This document shows, in pieces, positions 9,149-18,688 of a stretch of DNA of 32,000 nt. This DNA comes from Halorhodospira halophila SL1 (GTDB lineage Bacteria; Pseudomonadota; Gammaproteobacteria; Nitrococcales; Halorhodospiraceae), in NCBI RefSeq assembly GCF_000015585.1, contig NC_008789.1, positions 1,440,001 to 1,472,000 of the forward strand, read 5' to 3'. Within the stretch, counting starts at the first letter, position 1. Every line of letters starts with the position of its first letter. The translations under genes were made by a program, and so were the position numbers. The notes under the pieces are model-generated. The model searched no databases, had not been told where the DNA came from, and worked only from the letters and a program-made list of their open reading frames with translations.

Positions 9149-10326
9149 ATCGCCTGGCCGACGGCCACGCCGGAGGACCACGCCCATTGGAAGTTGTGCC
9201 CGCCCAGCTGCCCGGTGACATCGACCACCTCGCCGACGAAATGCAACCCCGGCACCTCACGCGCCTCCAGGGTCCGGGACGACAGCGCGTCGGTGTCGAC
9301 CCCGCCGGCGGTCACCTCGGCCTTGGCGTAGCCCGCCGTACCGGCCGGGGTCAGCCGCCATTCCTGAAGCCGTTGCGCCACCGCCTCCAGGCCCCGGTTG
9401 CTGAACCCCTGCAATGGGCCGGACCACCCCTCCAGATCGCACAGCACCCGGGCGAGACGCCGCGGCAAGTGCGCCTCCAGGCAACGGTGCAAAGCCCGCT
9501 TGCTGCGCCTGCGCCGCGCCTCGGCAAGCTCGTCGTGCAGGGCGACACCCGGTAGCCAATCCAGGCTCAGCGGCACCTCGGGCTGCCAATAGCTAGAGGC
9601 CTGCAGTGCCGCCGGCCCACTCAGCCCGTGGTGGGTGATCAGCAGATCGTCGCTGAACTCAGCCTCGGCGCAGCGCACCCGGACCGGCACGCTGATGCCC
9701 GCCAGATCCCCGATCGGCCGGCGCAGGTGCTCCGGCAAAGTCAGCGGCACCAGCGCAGGGCGCGTGGGCTGCACCGGCAGACCGAACTGCCGGGCAATGG
9801 CGTATCCGAGGCCGCTGGCCCCCATCCGGGGGATCGACAGCCCGCCGGTAGCGACCACCAACGCCTCGGCGTGCAAGGTTCCGGTCGGGGTGGCGACGGC
9901 GAAACCCTCCGCCGTCGCCTGGACGCTGCGCACCCCGGTCCCCATGCGCAGTTCGACCCCGGCCTGGCGACCTTCGCTGAGCAGCAGGTCGAGGATGGGC
10001 CGGGCGGATTCGCGGCAGAATAGCCGTCCCGGCTCACGCTCCTCATAGGCAACGCCGTGGCGCTCCACGAGCTCCAGGAAGGCGGCCGGCGGATAACGTC
10101 GCAGCGCCGAGATGCAGAACCGCGGGTTGGCCGACAGGAAGTGCTCCGGCCCGCTGTGAAGGTGGGTGAAGTTGCACCGCCCACCTCCCGACATGAGGAT
10201 CTTGCGTCCGGGTTTGCGGGCGTGATCGAGCACCACCACCCGCCGGCCCCGCCCGGCGGCAGTGGCGGCACACATCAGCCCGGCCGCACCGGCGCCGATC
10301 ACGATCACATCGATCTGTTCCGTCAT
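9145..10326 (-). CDS. NAD(P)/FAD-dependent oxidoreductase of the HI0933/YhiN (BaiN-like) family
   Basis: True start is ATG 10326 (MTEQIDVIVIGAGAAGLMCA..., Rossmann GxGxxG), with AGGAG overlapping the helicase stop. KILMSGGGRCNFTH is the family signature, and the C-terminus has GLHFVGEVVDVTGQLGGHNFQWAWSSG. The tracked 466-aa version carries a spurious 73-aa extension. Confidence 0.85.
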
Positions 10327-10331
10327 CACTC

Positions 10332-12725
10332 CTACCGAATGTCGACAACGCGACTGGCTCGCTGGAAGCGCACCCGCCAGCCCGGCCAGGCGGGCAGTTC
10401 CCAACGCTTCGGATCCGTGCGGCGGATGCCGCCCACCTTCTCGGCCACCACCTCGCGGCGCCGCACATGGTAGTGGATGCGCAGATCGAGATCGGGGAGC
10501 TGGACCCGGCGGGGATAGCGTTCGTCGAAATCCGGCCGTTGCCACTCCGGCACCCCGGGGAAGCGCAGATCCTCGGGCTCAAGCAGTGTCAGGTCCTCGC
10601 CGCGCTCCACGCCCAGCCGCTCGAGCTGCTCCAGCAGCCACGCCCGTGCCTCGGGCACCGCCCCCTCCGCATACCCGAGGGCGACATAGAGGGACCACGC
10701 CTCCAGATCGTCCTGGAGCCGGCTACCCGCCGGCGCCAGCAGCTGGTCTTCGAGAATCAGCTCGGCCGCTGCCTCGCGCGCCGCGGCGCCCTCCGGCTCC
10801 ACCTCCTCGCTCCCGATGCAGCGCCCGGCAAACAACCACTCGCGCCGCGCCGTCAGCCGCTCCCCGGTCCATGCGGGCTCGCTGATTCCCTCGCTGCAGG
10901 CGCCGCTGGCAACGACCCATTGCAGCGGCATGGGGGCCAGGGCCGTAGCCAGGCTGATGGTCTGCCGGGTGCCCTTGCCGGGGACGCTGTGCGTGCCGAG
11001 GACCAGGGCCGCCTCGGCCTCCTCCGGAAACCAGGCGTGCTCGCCGAGCACCACCTCATCGCCGGCACCGTTGCCAAGCGCCTGCCGCCTGCGCCCGCGA
11101 CGCACATAGAGCCACGTCGGCATCGCCCGGGCGGCGGCGGTCAGGGCCCGCTCCATCCGCCCAGAGTCCAGACCCGGTACACCCTCGTTCATCGGCTCGG
11201 AAACCGGCCGGGGCCAAGCCGGTAGATCGAGGAGCTCACGCAGCTGACCCGCCAGCCGACGCCCCTCCTCCCGCACCCGCGTGTCGATCCGCACACCAGG
11301 CAGCCGCTCGCAGCGCAGCGCCGCCACGCGCAACCGGGCATCGCAGCGCTGCCCAAGCAACCCGGCCAGGGCCTCGCACTCGTCGCTATCGCCCCGAACC
11401 TGCAGCCAGCGATCCCCCGCCGCCAGCCCGGCCACCCAGTCGGCCATCAGCCCCCCCGTCTCGACATCGGGCATGGCCAGGACCAGGTGGGCCAGCTCCG
11501 GATCCACCGGCATGCGAAACAGCCGTTGGCCCCGCGTCGTGATCCGCCCGGAGGCATCCAGGGCACCCAGGCTCCGCAGCAGCCCCTCGGCCTGCTCCCG
11601 GCTCTCCTCGCGCGGCGTATCCACGAAGGGGAGCTCGGCGACCCGGTAGCCGGCACCGGCCGCAGCCAGCACCAGTTCAGTCAGATCCTCGCGCAACACT
11701 TCCGGGGGCGCGTGCTCGGGCAGCGGCGCCGCGTGCCCCCAGAGGCGGTAGCAGGTGCCGGGCTGCAGGCGGCCGGCACGCCCGGCCCGCTGCGCCGCAC
11801 TGGCTCGGGAGATGGGCTGCAGGGAAAGCACGGTCCGGCCGTTGCGGCGCAGGGTCCGGCGCTCCAGGCCACTATCCACCACGGCCGTCACCCCCGGCAC
11901 GGTCAGCGAGGTCTCGGCGATATTCGTGGCCAGCACCACACGCCGGGCCGAACCCGGCTCGAGGGCCCGGCGCTGCTCGGACAGTCGCACCCCGCCGTGG
12001 AGCCGAACCACCTCAGCCTCCACCCCGGAGAGACTGCGCCGCGCCTCCTCGATTTCAGCCTGCCCGGGCAGGAAAGCGAGGACGTCCCCGGCCGTCTCCG
12101 CCAGTGCGCGCCGCACCACTGCAGCCAATCGCTTGCCGAGGTCCTTGCGTTGCGGCATGGCCCGTGGCTGCTCGCCACAATGGCGTTCATCCACCGGGTA
12201 CCCGCGCCCCGGCGACTCCAGATACGTCCCGTCCAACGCGGCCGCGAGCCTTTCCCCCTCCAGGGTCGCCGAGGTGATCACCAGGCGCTGGCCCCCATCG
12301 GCGCGCAGCAACGCGAGGAGTAGGTCGGTGTCCCAGCGCCGCTCATGGAACTCGTCGAGGATCACCGTCTGGAACCCCGCCAATCGCCCCTCGGCCCGCC
12401 AGCGCAGGGCCACACCGGGGGTCACGAAGAGGACCCGGGTCCGCTCCGAGTAGCGGCGCTCCAGGCGGACGGCGTAACCGACCTCGTCCCCCGCTGCGGT
12501 ACCGCACTGCGCGGCCACGAAACCGGCCAGACTGGTGGCCGCCACACGGCGGGGCTGGACGACCAGCACCGGCCCGCCAGCGTCCGCCGCCCAGACCGGC
12601 AGTCGGGTAGACTTGCCGGAGCCGGTCGCGGCCGCCACCACGCAGTGGCCCTGCTCCAGCGCCCGGTGGAAGTCCGGCCGCAGTGAATCGATGGGCAGCG
12701 CTGTCCTTCCCCGTTCGTCACTCAT
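10332..12725 (-). CDS. hrpB: DEAH-box ATP-dependent helicase, HrpB-like (797 aa)
   Basis: Walker A AAATGSGKST, DEFHERR (DEAH box), SATL, TNIAETSLTVPGV and QRAGRAGR, followed by a long C-terminal region. Length and N-terminus (LPI..L.P.....L) resemble HrpB. The C-terminal domain is divergent, so the symbol is tentative. Confidence 0.8.
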   Translation of the reverse strand: MSDERGRTALPIDSLRPDFHRALEQGHCVVAAATGSGKSTRLPVWAADAGGPVLVVQPRRVAATSLAGFVAAQCGTAAGDEVGYAVRLERRYSERTRVLFVTPGVALRWRAEGRLAGFQTVILDEFHERRWDTDLLLALLRADGGQRLVITSATLEGERLAAALDGTYLESPGRGYPVDERHCGEQPRAMPQRKDLGKRLAAVVRRALAETAGDVLAFLPGQAEIEEARRSLSGVEAEVVRLHGGVRLSEQRRALEPGSARRVVLATNIAETSLTVPGVTAVVDSGLERRTLRRNGRTVLSLQPISRASAAQRAGRAGRLQPGTCYRLWGHAAPLPEHAPPEVLREDLTELVLAAAGAGYRVAELPFVDTPREESREQAEGLLRSLGALDASGRITTRGQRLFRMPVDPELAHLVLAMPDVETGGLMADWVAGLAAGDRWLQVRGDSDECEALAGLLGQRCDARLRVAALRCERLPGVRIDTRVREEGRRLAGQLRELLDLPAWPRPVSEPMNEGVPGLDSGRMERALTAAARAMPTWLYVRRGRRRQALGNGAGDEVVLGEHAWFPEEAEAALVLGTHSVPGKGTRQTISLATALAPMPLQWVVASGACSEGISEPAWTGERLTARREWLFAGRCIGSEEVEPEGAAAREAAAELILEDQLLAPAGSRLQDDLEAWSLYVALGYAEGAVPEARAWLLEQLERLGVERGEDLTLLEPEDLRFPGVPEWQRPDFDERYPRRVQLPDLDLRIHYHVRRREVVAEKVGGIRRTDPKRWELPAWPGWRVRFQRASRVVDIR

Positions 12726-12740
12726 CGCCCATCGACCGAA

Positions 12741-14195
12741 TCAGTCGCGCATGCCGCCCGTCCAGCACGGGTCGATGCTGGCCGCCGCATCGCGGTCCTC
12801 CGCCTCGCCGCGGTACCAGCCCAGGCGCGGGTGCAACTGCACCGTGGGACCGACCACCACCAGCGCCGGGCTCTCCACCCGTTCGGCGCGGACCCGTTCA
12901 GCCAGGGTCCGCAGATTGCCGAGGACCACGCGCTGCTGCGGCGTCGTCGCCTGGGCCACCACCGCAGCCGGATGCTCGGGCGGCAGCCCACACTCGCACA
13001 GTTGCTCGCACACCGCCTCGAGGTTGACCAGGCCCATGTAGATGATGAGTGTCTCGTCCTGGCGATAGGGCGCGTGGGCCTTCATCTGCGGGTGCCCGGC
13101 CCGCCGGTGACCGGTGAGCAGGCGACAGGTCTGGGCGTAATCCCGGTGGGTGAGCGGGATACCGGCATAGCTCGCCGCCCCCTGGGCGGCGCTGATGCCG
13201 GGCACCACCTGGAAGGGGATGTCCTGCTCGATCAGCCCCTCGATCTCCTCACCGCCGCGGCCGAAGAGGAATGGGTCACCGCCCTTGAGACGCAGGACCC
13301 GTTTACCGGCACGCGCCAATTCCACCAGCCGCTCGTTGATCCGCTCCTGCGGCAGTGTATGCCGACCGCGGCGCTTGCCCACGGGGATCCGCTCGGCCTC
13401 CTTGCGCACCAGATCCAGCAGGGCCGGCGCCGCCAGACGATCGTAGAGCACCACGTCAGCCCGCTGCATCAGGCGCAGCGCACGGAAGGTCAGTAGATCG
13501 GGGTCCCCGGGGCCAGCGCCGACCAGGAAGACCTCCCCCTGCGGGGCCGGCCGGGCCTGTTCCTGCTCGAGCAGGCGCAGCAGTTCGGCCTCCCCCTCGG
13601 CCTCGCGCCCTGCCAACACCGATTCCGCCGCCGCCCCATCGAAGATCTGCTCCCAGAACCGCAACCGCCAGTCCTTGTCCGGCAGCGCCACCCGCACCTG
13701 CTCCCGCATCCGTCCGGCCAGGCGTGCCAGCCGGCCGTAGGCCGCCGGCAGCAGTGTCTCTAGCCGACTGGCGATCTGCCTTGCCAGCACCGGCGCGGCG
13801 CCACCGCTGGAGACCGCCAGCTGCAGGGGCGAGCGATCCACCTGGACCGGGGTGATGTAGGTGCTCAGCGACGGCCGGCCGGCAACGTTGACGGGAATCC
13901 CCCGGGCACGACACGCCTCATAGACGGTACGGTCGGTGGCCTCATCGCCGCTGGCCCCCACCACCAGCGCCGCGCCCTCCTCCATACCCGCCGCGAACGG
14001 CTCGGCGCGGTGGTGGAGCTCGCCGGGGCTGGTATCCAGCAGTTGCTCGCAGGGCGCCGCCAGGACCGGCGCGATCAACTCCACCCGCGCGCCGGCCCGG
14101 AGCAGATCCCCGGCCCTGCGCGCAGCCGCCTCGCCGCCGCCCACAACCAGGCAGCGGCAACCGTGGAGCTTGAGGAAGATCGGGTAGTGGTGCAT
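12741..14195 (-). CDS. cysG: Siroheme synthase (precorrin-2 dehydrogenase/sirohydrochlorin ferrochelatase + uroporphyrinogen-III C-methyltransferase)
   Basis: N-terminal YPIFLKLHGCRCLVVGGGEAA (CysG-B Rossmann) and C-terminal SUMT domain VFLVGAGPGDPDLLT...RLKGGDPFLFGRGGEE...VPGISAA. 484 aa. Confidence 0.9.
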   Translation of the reverse strand: MHHYPIFLKLHGCRCLVVGGGEAAARRAGDLLRAGARVELIAPVLAAPCEQLLDTSPGELHHRAEPFAAGMEEGAALVVGASGDEATDRTVYEACRARGIPVNVAGRPSLSTYITPVQVDRSPLQLAVSSGGAAPVLARQIASRLETLLPAAYGRLARLAGRMREQVRVALPDKDWRLRFWEQIFDGAAAESVLAGREAEGEAELLRLLEQEQARPAPQGEVFLVGAGPGDPDLLTFRALRLMQRADVVLYDRLAAPALLDLVRKEAERIPVGKRRGRHTLPQERINERLVELARAGKRVLRLKGGDPFLFGRGGEEIEGLIEQDIPFQVVPGISAAQGAASYAGIPLTHRDYAQTCRLLTGHRRAGHPQMKAHAPYRQDETLIIYMGLVNLEAVCEQLCECGLPPEHPAAVVAQATTPQQRVVLGNLRTLAERVRAERVESPALVVVGPTVQLHPRLGWYRGEAEDRDAAASIDPCWTGGMRD

Positions 14196-14204
14196 GGGTT
14201 CAGT

Positions 14205-15512
14205 TCACCCCCCGGATGGGTCCATGGGTCGGTTCTTCCCCGTCACCCGCTGCAGGGACAAGAGCCCCCGGCCGCGGGCATCGACCAGCTCGAGGCTGCA
14301 GTGCTGGCAGGCGCCGGCCAGGGCCCACGCCCCGGCCACGCGCTGCCAGTGGAGTTCGACCCGGCCTCCGCCGGCGCCGAGGACCAGGGTCTCACCGTCG
14401 TAGTAGAGCCCGGCCCCCGCCACCGAGCAGACCATCCGCGTTCCGGCCGGCCCCGGCACCACGGCCCGGATTCGGGGCCACTCGCGGCACTCCTCAAGAT
14501 GGGCCGCCAGGTCCGAGACCTCAATCCGACTGGTCAGAAACGGGGTATCCGGCTCCGCTACGTCATCCGCCACGGCCGCCAGCGCCTCCGCCCAGTTGAC
14601 GTCGAAATGCGCCGCAGCGGCCTCCAGGCTCGGCGCCGGCTGTTCGCGCAACCATTGCCGCAGGACCACAGGCCATCCGTCCAGCCCCAGGCTAAGCGAT
14701 TGCCCGCGCTGCTCCCCCGACACGGGGGCACCGCCCTCGGCGTACTTGGCCGTATAACCCCGGGGGGTCACCATCAGCCCGTGCTCGCAGCGGGTCGAAC
14801 GGTTGCCGATGATCACCGTGCTGAGCATGCTCGGCTCGGCGCGATGGAGCTCCTCCAGGCACAGATGCTGGACCTGCTGCCGCTCCCGATAGGCCGACCG
14901 GACCACCGCCACTGGGGTTTGCGGGTCGCGGTAACGCAACAGGATCTCCTGCGCGCGGCCGATGTGCGCCTGCCGCCGCTTGCTCGCCGGGTTGTAGAGA
15001 ACCGTAACGAAATCCCCCCGCCCGGCGGCCTCGAGCCGGCGCACGATCACTGGCCAGGAGGTGAGCAGATCCGAGAGCGAGATGGTGCAGAAGTCGTGGG
15101 TCAGGGGCGCGCCGACCAGGGCGGCGCAGGTGGAGAGCGCCGAGGCCCCGGGGACCACCTCCACCTGCACCTCCCCGGCGCGGCCCTGCCAGCCGTGCTG
15201 AAGCAGAAACTCGTAGGTCGGCCCTGCCATGCCGTAGACCCCGGGGTCGCCCGAGGAGACCAGCGCCACAACCTGCCCGCCTCGGGCAGCCTCCCAGGCC
15301 GCCTCCACGCGATCGAGCTCTTCGGTCATGGCCTTGCCGATCACCGTCTTGCCTTCCAGCAGGTCCGGGATCAGTTTGAGGTACGTCTGGTAACCGATGA
15401 CCACCTCGGCCTCGGCGATCGCCTCGCGGGCCCGCGCCGTCATGTGCGCCGGGTCACCCGGGCCGATCCCTACCAGAAGGATCCGCCCCGGAGGGGGAAC
15501 ATCGCCTGTCAT
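14205..15512 (-). CDS. cbiH: Cobalt-factor III / precorrin-3B C17-methyltransferase (CbiH) fused to a ~175-aa C-terminal extra domain
   Basis: ATG at 15512 overlaps the upstream stop (ATGA). ILLVGIGPGDPAHMT..VVIGYQTYL...SSGDPGVYGMA...VVPGASA is a TP_methylase of CbiH type and ends near MVTPRGY (about aa 255). Residues ~260-435 are additional (see finding). Confidence 0.85.
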   Translation of the reverse strand: MTGDVPPPGRILLVGIGPGDPAHMTARAREAIAEAEVVIGYQTYLKLIPDLLEGKTVIGKAMTEELDRVEAAWEAARGGQVVALVSSGDPGVYGMAGPTYEFLLQHGWQGRAGEVQVEVVPGASALSTCAALVGAPLTHDFCTISLSDLLTSWPVIVRRLEAAGRGDFVTVLYNPASKRRQAHIGRAQEILLRYRDPQTPVAVVRSAYRERQQVQHLCLEELHRAEPSMLSTVIIGNRSTRCEHGLMVTPRGYTAKYAEGGAPVSGEQRGQSLSLGLDGWPVVLRQWLREQPAPSLEAAAAHFDVNWAEALAAVADDVAEPDTPFLTSRIEVSDLAAHLEECREWPRIRAVVPGPAGTRMVCSVAGAGLYYDGETLVLGAGGGRVELHWQRVAGAWALAGACQHCSLELVDARGRGLLSLQRVTGKNRPMDPSGG

Positions 15513-15907
15513 TCGTTCAGCCTCGCTATCGATACCGTGGCGTTGCGTCCGTCTTCGCCCCGCCAGCGGCGTTTCTCGATGATCAGATCGGCGCTGTCGG
15601 CATGGGCCCGACACAGCGCCGCCGCCTCGGCGACAGCTGGGGTCCCGGTATGGTGGCGCACGACCTCAGAGGGGTGCGGCACCGGGATCGCCGCCAGTTG
15701 CGTCGCCGGATAGAAAACCAGGGGCCAGCCATGGACCCGCGCCAGGGCGTGGAGCGCCGGCTCATCGCGCTTGAGGTCAATGCTGGCTAGCGCCACCACG
15801 TCGGCCGCACACAGCCCGGCCTCGGCCAAGGCGGCGGACACCGCGGCGGTCACAGTCTCGGTGGCCGTTCCGCGATCACAGCCGATCCCCACGACCACGC
15901 GCACCAT
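15509..15907 (-). CDS. cbiG: CbiG C-terminal domain protein (CobE-like), 132 aa
   Basis: VVVGIGCDRGT....V..AV..AL...GL....V..LASID.K.DE.AL..LA...GWPL.FY....L is the CbiG_C/CobE signature. The ATG at 15907 shares its A with the upstream TAA (TAATG). Confidence 0.75.
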   Translation of the reverse strand: MVRVVVGIGCDRGTATETVTAAVSAALAEAGLCAADVVALASIDLKRDEPALHALARVHGWPLVFYPATQLAAIPVPHPSEVVRHHTGTPAVAEAAALCRAHADSADLIIEKRRWRGEDGRNATVSIARLNE

Positions 15908-16647
15908 TACGACCCCGGATGCGCGGTTCGGTAGCGTACCAGCCGATCGCCCAGGCGCGCCTGCCAGTCCACCGAGGGCGCCTCATCCTTCACCCAGAGC
16001 ACGGCACTGTACGCCCGCGCATCCAGCGCCGCCGGGTCGTCGAGGCGGTACAGGTTGGGCGGCGGCGGTGTGGCCGGGCGCCAGGTATCGGCCTCCTCGA
16101 TCAGGGCCACCGGCTCGCCATTGAGCAGTGCTGCCGCCGCAGCCCGCAAGGCGGACGTGGACGCCACCACCTGCCAACCCTGTTCCTGGCCGAGCAGATC
16201 CACCGCTGGGAGCCCGCGGCGGTCCGAGGCCGTAGTGATGACCGGTGCGGCTCCGAGCTCCTCGGCGATCCGCTGCGTCCAGGCGTTGGCGCCACCCAGG
16301 TGACCGCCAAGCACCGCGACGACAAAACGTGCCGACTCATCCACGCTGACCACCCCGGGGTCGCGGGTCTTGTCGACCAGCAAAGGGGCCAGCAGACGCA
16401 CACACGCGCCCACCGAGCAGAAGCAGACGACCTGGCGCAGCGCCCCCGCGAAGCGCTCCGCCAGGGCGCTGCCCAGGGCCCCGGCCGCCACCGGGGTGCA
16501 ACGCCCCGAGTGATCGGCCAGCAACGGGGCAACACGCTCGGTGACCAGGATCTCGGCTTCGGGCCAGATCCCGGCCAGGCGGGCTGCGCTGGCCGCACCG
16601 CCGCGGGTCACCACCACCAGCAACACCCCTTCGCCCGTCTCCCTCAC
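15907..16647 (-). CDS. cbiG: CbiG N-terminal + middle domain protein (cobalt-precorrin-5A hydrolase part), 246 aa
   Basis: GTG at 16647 overlaps the cbiL stop (GTGA). The sequence VVVTRGGAASAARLA...LLVDKTRDPGVVSVDESARFVVAVLGGHLGGANAW...ITTASD resembles CbiG_N/CbiG_mid. It sits between cbiL and the CbiG_C ORF. Confidence 0.7.
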   Translation of the reverse strand: MRETGEGVLLVVVTRGGAASAARLAGIWPEAEILVTERVAPLLADHSGRCTPVAAGALGSALAERFAGALRQVVCFCSVGACVRLLAPLLVDKTRDPGVVSVDESARFVVAVLGGHLGGANAWTQRIAEELGAAPVITTASDRRGLPAVDLLGQEQGWQVVASTSALRAAAAALLNGEPVALIEEADTWRPATPPPPNLYRLDDPAALDARAYSAVLWVKDEAPSVDWQARLGDRLVRYRTAHPGS

Positions 16648-17396
16648 CCGGCTCCGGCTCCTTCGCTGCGCGAATCGGCGCGGCCCTTGCAAATCATCAG
16701 CAACGACAGATAGTGAACCGTCTCGCCGCGCAATCGGGCGATGTCGGTGACCACTCGCTCCTGCGGAGTCCCCACGCGCTCGACGAAGACGCTGGCGTCA
16801 CTCAACCCCTGCTCCTCGAGCAGGTCGATCACCTCTGCAAGCAGCGGTTTGACCTTGAGCAGCACCAGCGTATCGACCTCCGGCAGCAGCCGCTCCACGG
16901 TCTCCATGCCGTAGCCACCGGGCAGCACCGCCAAGGCATCGTCCTGGCTGGCCAGCGGCCAGCCGACCCGCGCCGGCGCTGCCAGAAAGGAGGCCACCCC
17001 GGGGATCGTCTCGACCTCAGCGCCGGGGGCCTCCGCGGTGACCGTGCGCGCCAAGTGGCCAAAGGTCGCGTACGTGGAGGCATCCCCCTCGACCAGGAAG
17101 GCGACGTCCTGCCCCTGGCCCAGAGTCGCCGCCACCGCCTTCGCCGCCTGCGCCCAATGCAACGCCAGGGTGGCCGGATCGCGGGTCATCGGAAAGACGA
17201 GGGGCATGGCGTCGGCCGGCGCCACCAATCCGCCCCGCTCGACAATCTCCAGGGCGTAGCTGGACTGCCCCTCGGCGCGCACCGGATAGGCCCAGCGCGC
17301 CTCCCCCTGGAGGACCTGCCAGGCCCGGCGGGTGATCCAGCCCGGGTCCCCGGGGCCGAGGGAAACCCCGATCAATCGCCCTGCCGACGTCGTCAT
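16644..17396 (-). CDS. cbiL: Cobalt-factor II / precorrin-2 C20-methyltransferase
   Basis: GRLIGVSLGPGDPGWITRRA......YP........SYAL.I, EGDASTYATFGHL and IPGVASF are typical of CbiL/CobI. ATGA overlap with cbiET at 17393-17396. Confidence 0.85.
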   Translation of the reverse strand: MTTSAGRLIGVSLGPGDPGWITRRAWQVLQGEARWAYPVRAEGQSSYALEIVERGGLVAPADAMPLVFPMTRDPATLALHWAQAAKAVAATLGQGQDVAFLVEGDASTYATFGHLARTVTAEAPGAEVETIPGVASFLAAPARVGWPLASQDDALAVLPGGYGMETVERLLPEVDTLVLLKVKPLLAEVIDLLEEQGLSDASVFVERVGTPQERVVTDIARLRGETVHYLSLLMICKGRADSRSEGAGAG

Positions 17397-18688
17397 GCGC
17401 TCTCCGTCTTGTTCGCCATGAGGATCCAGACCGGGTTCTCAGCACGGAACGTGCGCATCCCGGCCAGCTCACCGCTGCGATGGGCTTGCAGCTGGATGGC
17501 TTCCCAGTCCGCGACGCCGGCCGCCGCGGCAGCGTCGAGCCGGGCCGTGGCCTGGTGCAGATTCTCCAGGGTGACCAGGTTGATCACCAACCGCCCCGCC
17601 GGGCGCAGCCGCCGTAGGCAGAGGTCGATCAGTTCGCCCAGCGCCCCGCCCGAGCCACCGATGAAGACTGCATCCGGATCCAGCCAGGCGTCGAGCCCCT
17701 GCGGCGCCCGACCGTGGTGGAGGGTGACGTTGCCCACCCTGCGACGGCGCCGGTTCTCCTCGGCGATGGCCAGATCCTCGGCACGACGCTCCATCGCCCA
17801 GACATGCCCCCGGGGGCAGAGCCGCGCGGCCTCGAGAGCCACCGCACCGGAGCCGGTGCCGATATCCCAGACCCGGCTGTCCGGGGTCAGCGCCAGGCCG
17901 GCGAGCGTAACCGCGCGCACTTCCCGCTTGGTGATCAGACCGCGCTGGGGCCGACGCTGGGCGAACGCCTCGTCAACGCCCGCGAACGGCCAGTCCAGCG
18001 TCGCCCGTCGCCGCACCAGGGCGACATGGGGCTGCGGATAGTGGCGCGCCGCGGCGGTGCCAAGGGGGGCCGGCGGGTAGAGCGCCTCGTCCTCCCGGCC
18101 AATGCGGGCGACCGCTGCCACCTCCAGCTCGGTGTCGCGATACCCCACTGCCTGCAGCTGCCGGGCCAACCAGTCGGCACCGTTCTCGCCGGTGGTGTAG
18201 ACCGCCACCCGGTCGTGATCGGCCAGCGCGCGCAGCACGCCGCTGAGCGGATGCTCCGGCGCCGCCGTCTGCGCCGACCAGTCGCCAGCCACTGGGCCGT
18301 GGACCGAGGCGATGGCGGTCTGCGCCACGGGCCAACCGAGCCGGGCGCACGCCAACTGCACCAGGGACGGTGCCGGCAGGACCCGGCAGCGCTCGGCCCC
18401 GAGGTGGCTGGTGATCCGCTCACCGATGCCGTGGCAGAGCGGATCGCCACTGGCGAGGACCACCACGCGCTGCCCCTCGGCGGCCGCGGTCTCGATCCAG
18501 GCCGGCACCTCCGCCACGGCGCCGGTCAGGTCCCGGCGTTGTGCTCCGGGGGCCAGGGGGGCAAAGCCCTCGAGGACCCGGCGTCCGCCGATGAGCAGAT
18601 CGGCGCCGGCAATGGCCTCACGGGCCACCGGTGCCAGCCCGTCGGGACCGTCATCGAGCACACCGACGATGGTGCAGACCGGGGTCAC
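17393..18688 (-). CDS. cobL: Fused CbiE-CbiT (cobalt-precorrin-6B/7 C5,C15-methyltransferase, decarboxylating; CobL-type)
   Basis: GTG at 18688 overlaps the cbiC stop (GTGA). The N-terminal TP_methylase half has IVGVLDDGPDGL...ADLLIGGRR and LASGDPLCHGIG. The C-terminal CbiT half has ITKREVRAVTLAGL......VWDIGTGSGAVALEAA. The tracked 461-aa version has a spurious 30-aa extension. Confidence 0.85.
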   Translation of the reverse strand: MTPVCTIVGVLDDGPDGLAPVAREAIAGADLLIGGRRVLEGFAPLAPGAQRRDLTGAVAEVPAWIETAAAEGQRVVVLASGDPLCHGIGERITSHLGAERCRVLPAPSLVQLACARLGWPVAQTAIASVHGPVAGDWSAQTAAPEHPLSGVLRALADHDRVAVYTTGENGADWLARQLQAVGYRDTELEVAAVARIGREDEALYPPAPLGTAAARHYPQPHVALVRRRATLDWPFAGVDEAFAQRRPQRGLITKREVRAVTLAGLALTPDSRVWDIGTGSGAVALEAARLCPRGHVWAMERRAEDLAIAEENRRRRRVGNVTLHHGRAPQGLDAWLDPDAVFIGGSGGALGELIDLCLRRLRPAGRLVINLVTLENLHQATARLDAAAAAGVADWEAIQLQAHRSGELAGMRTFRAENPVWILMANKTESA

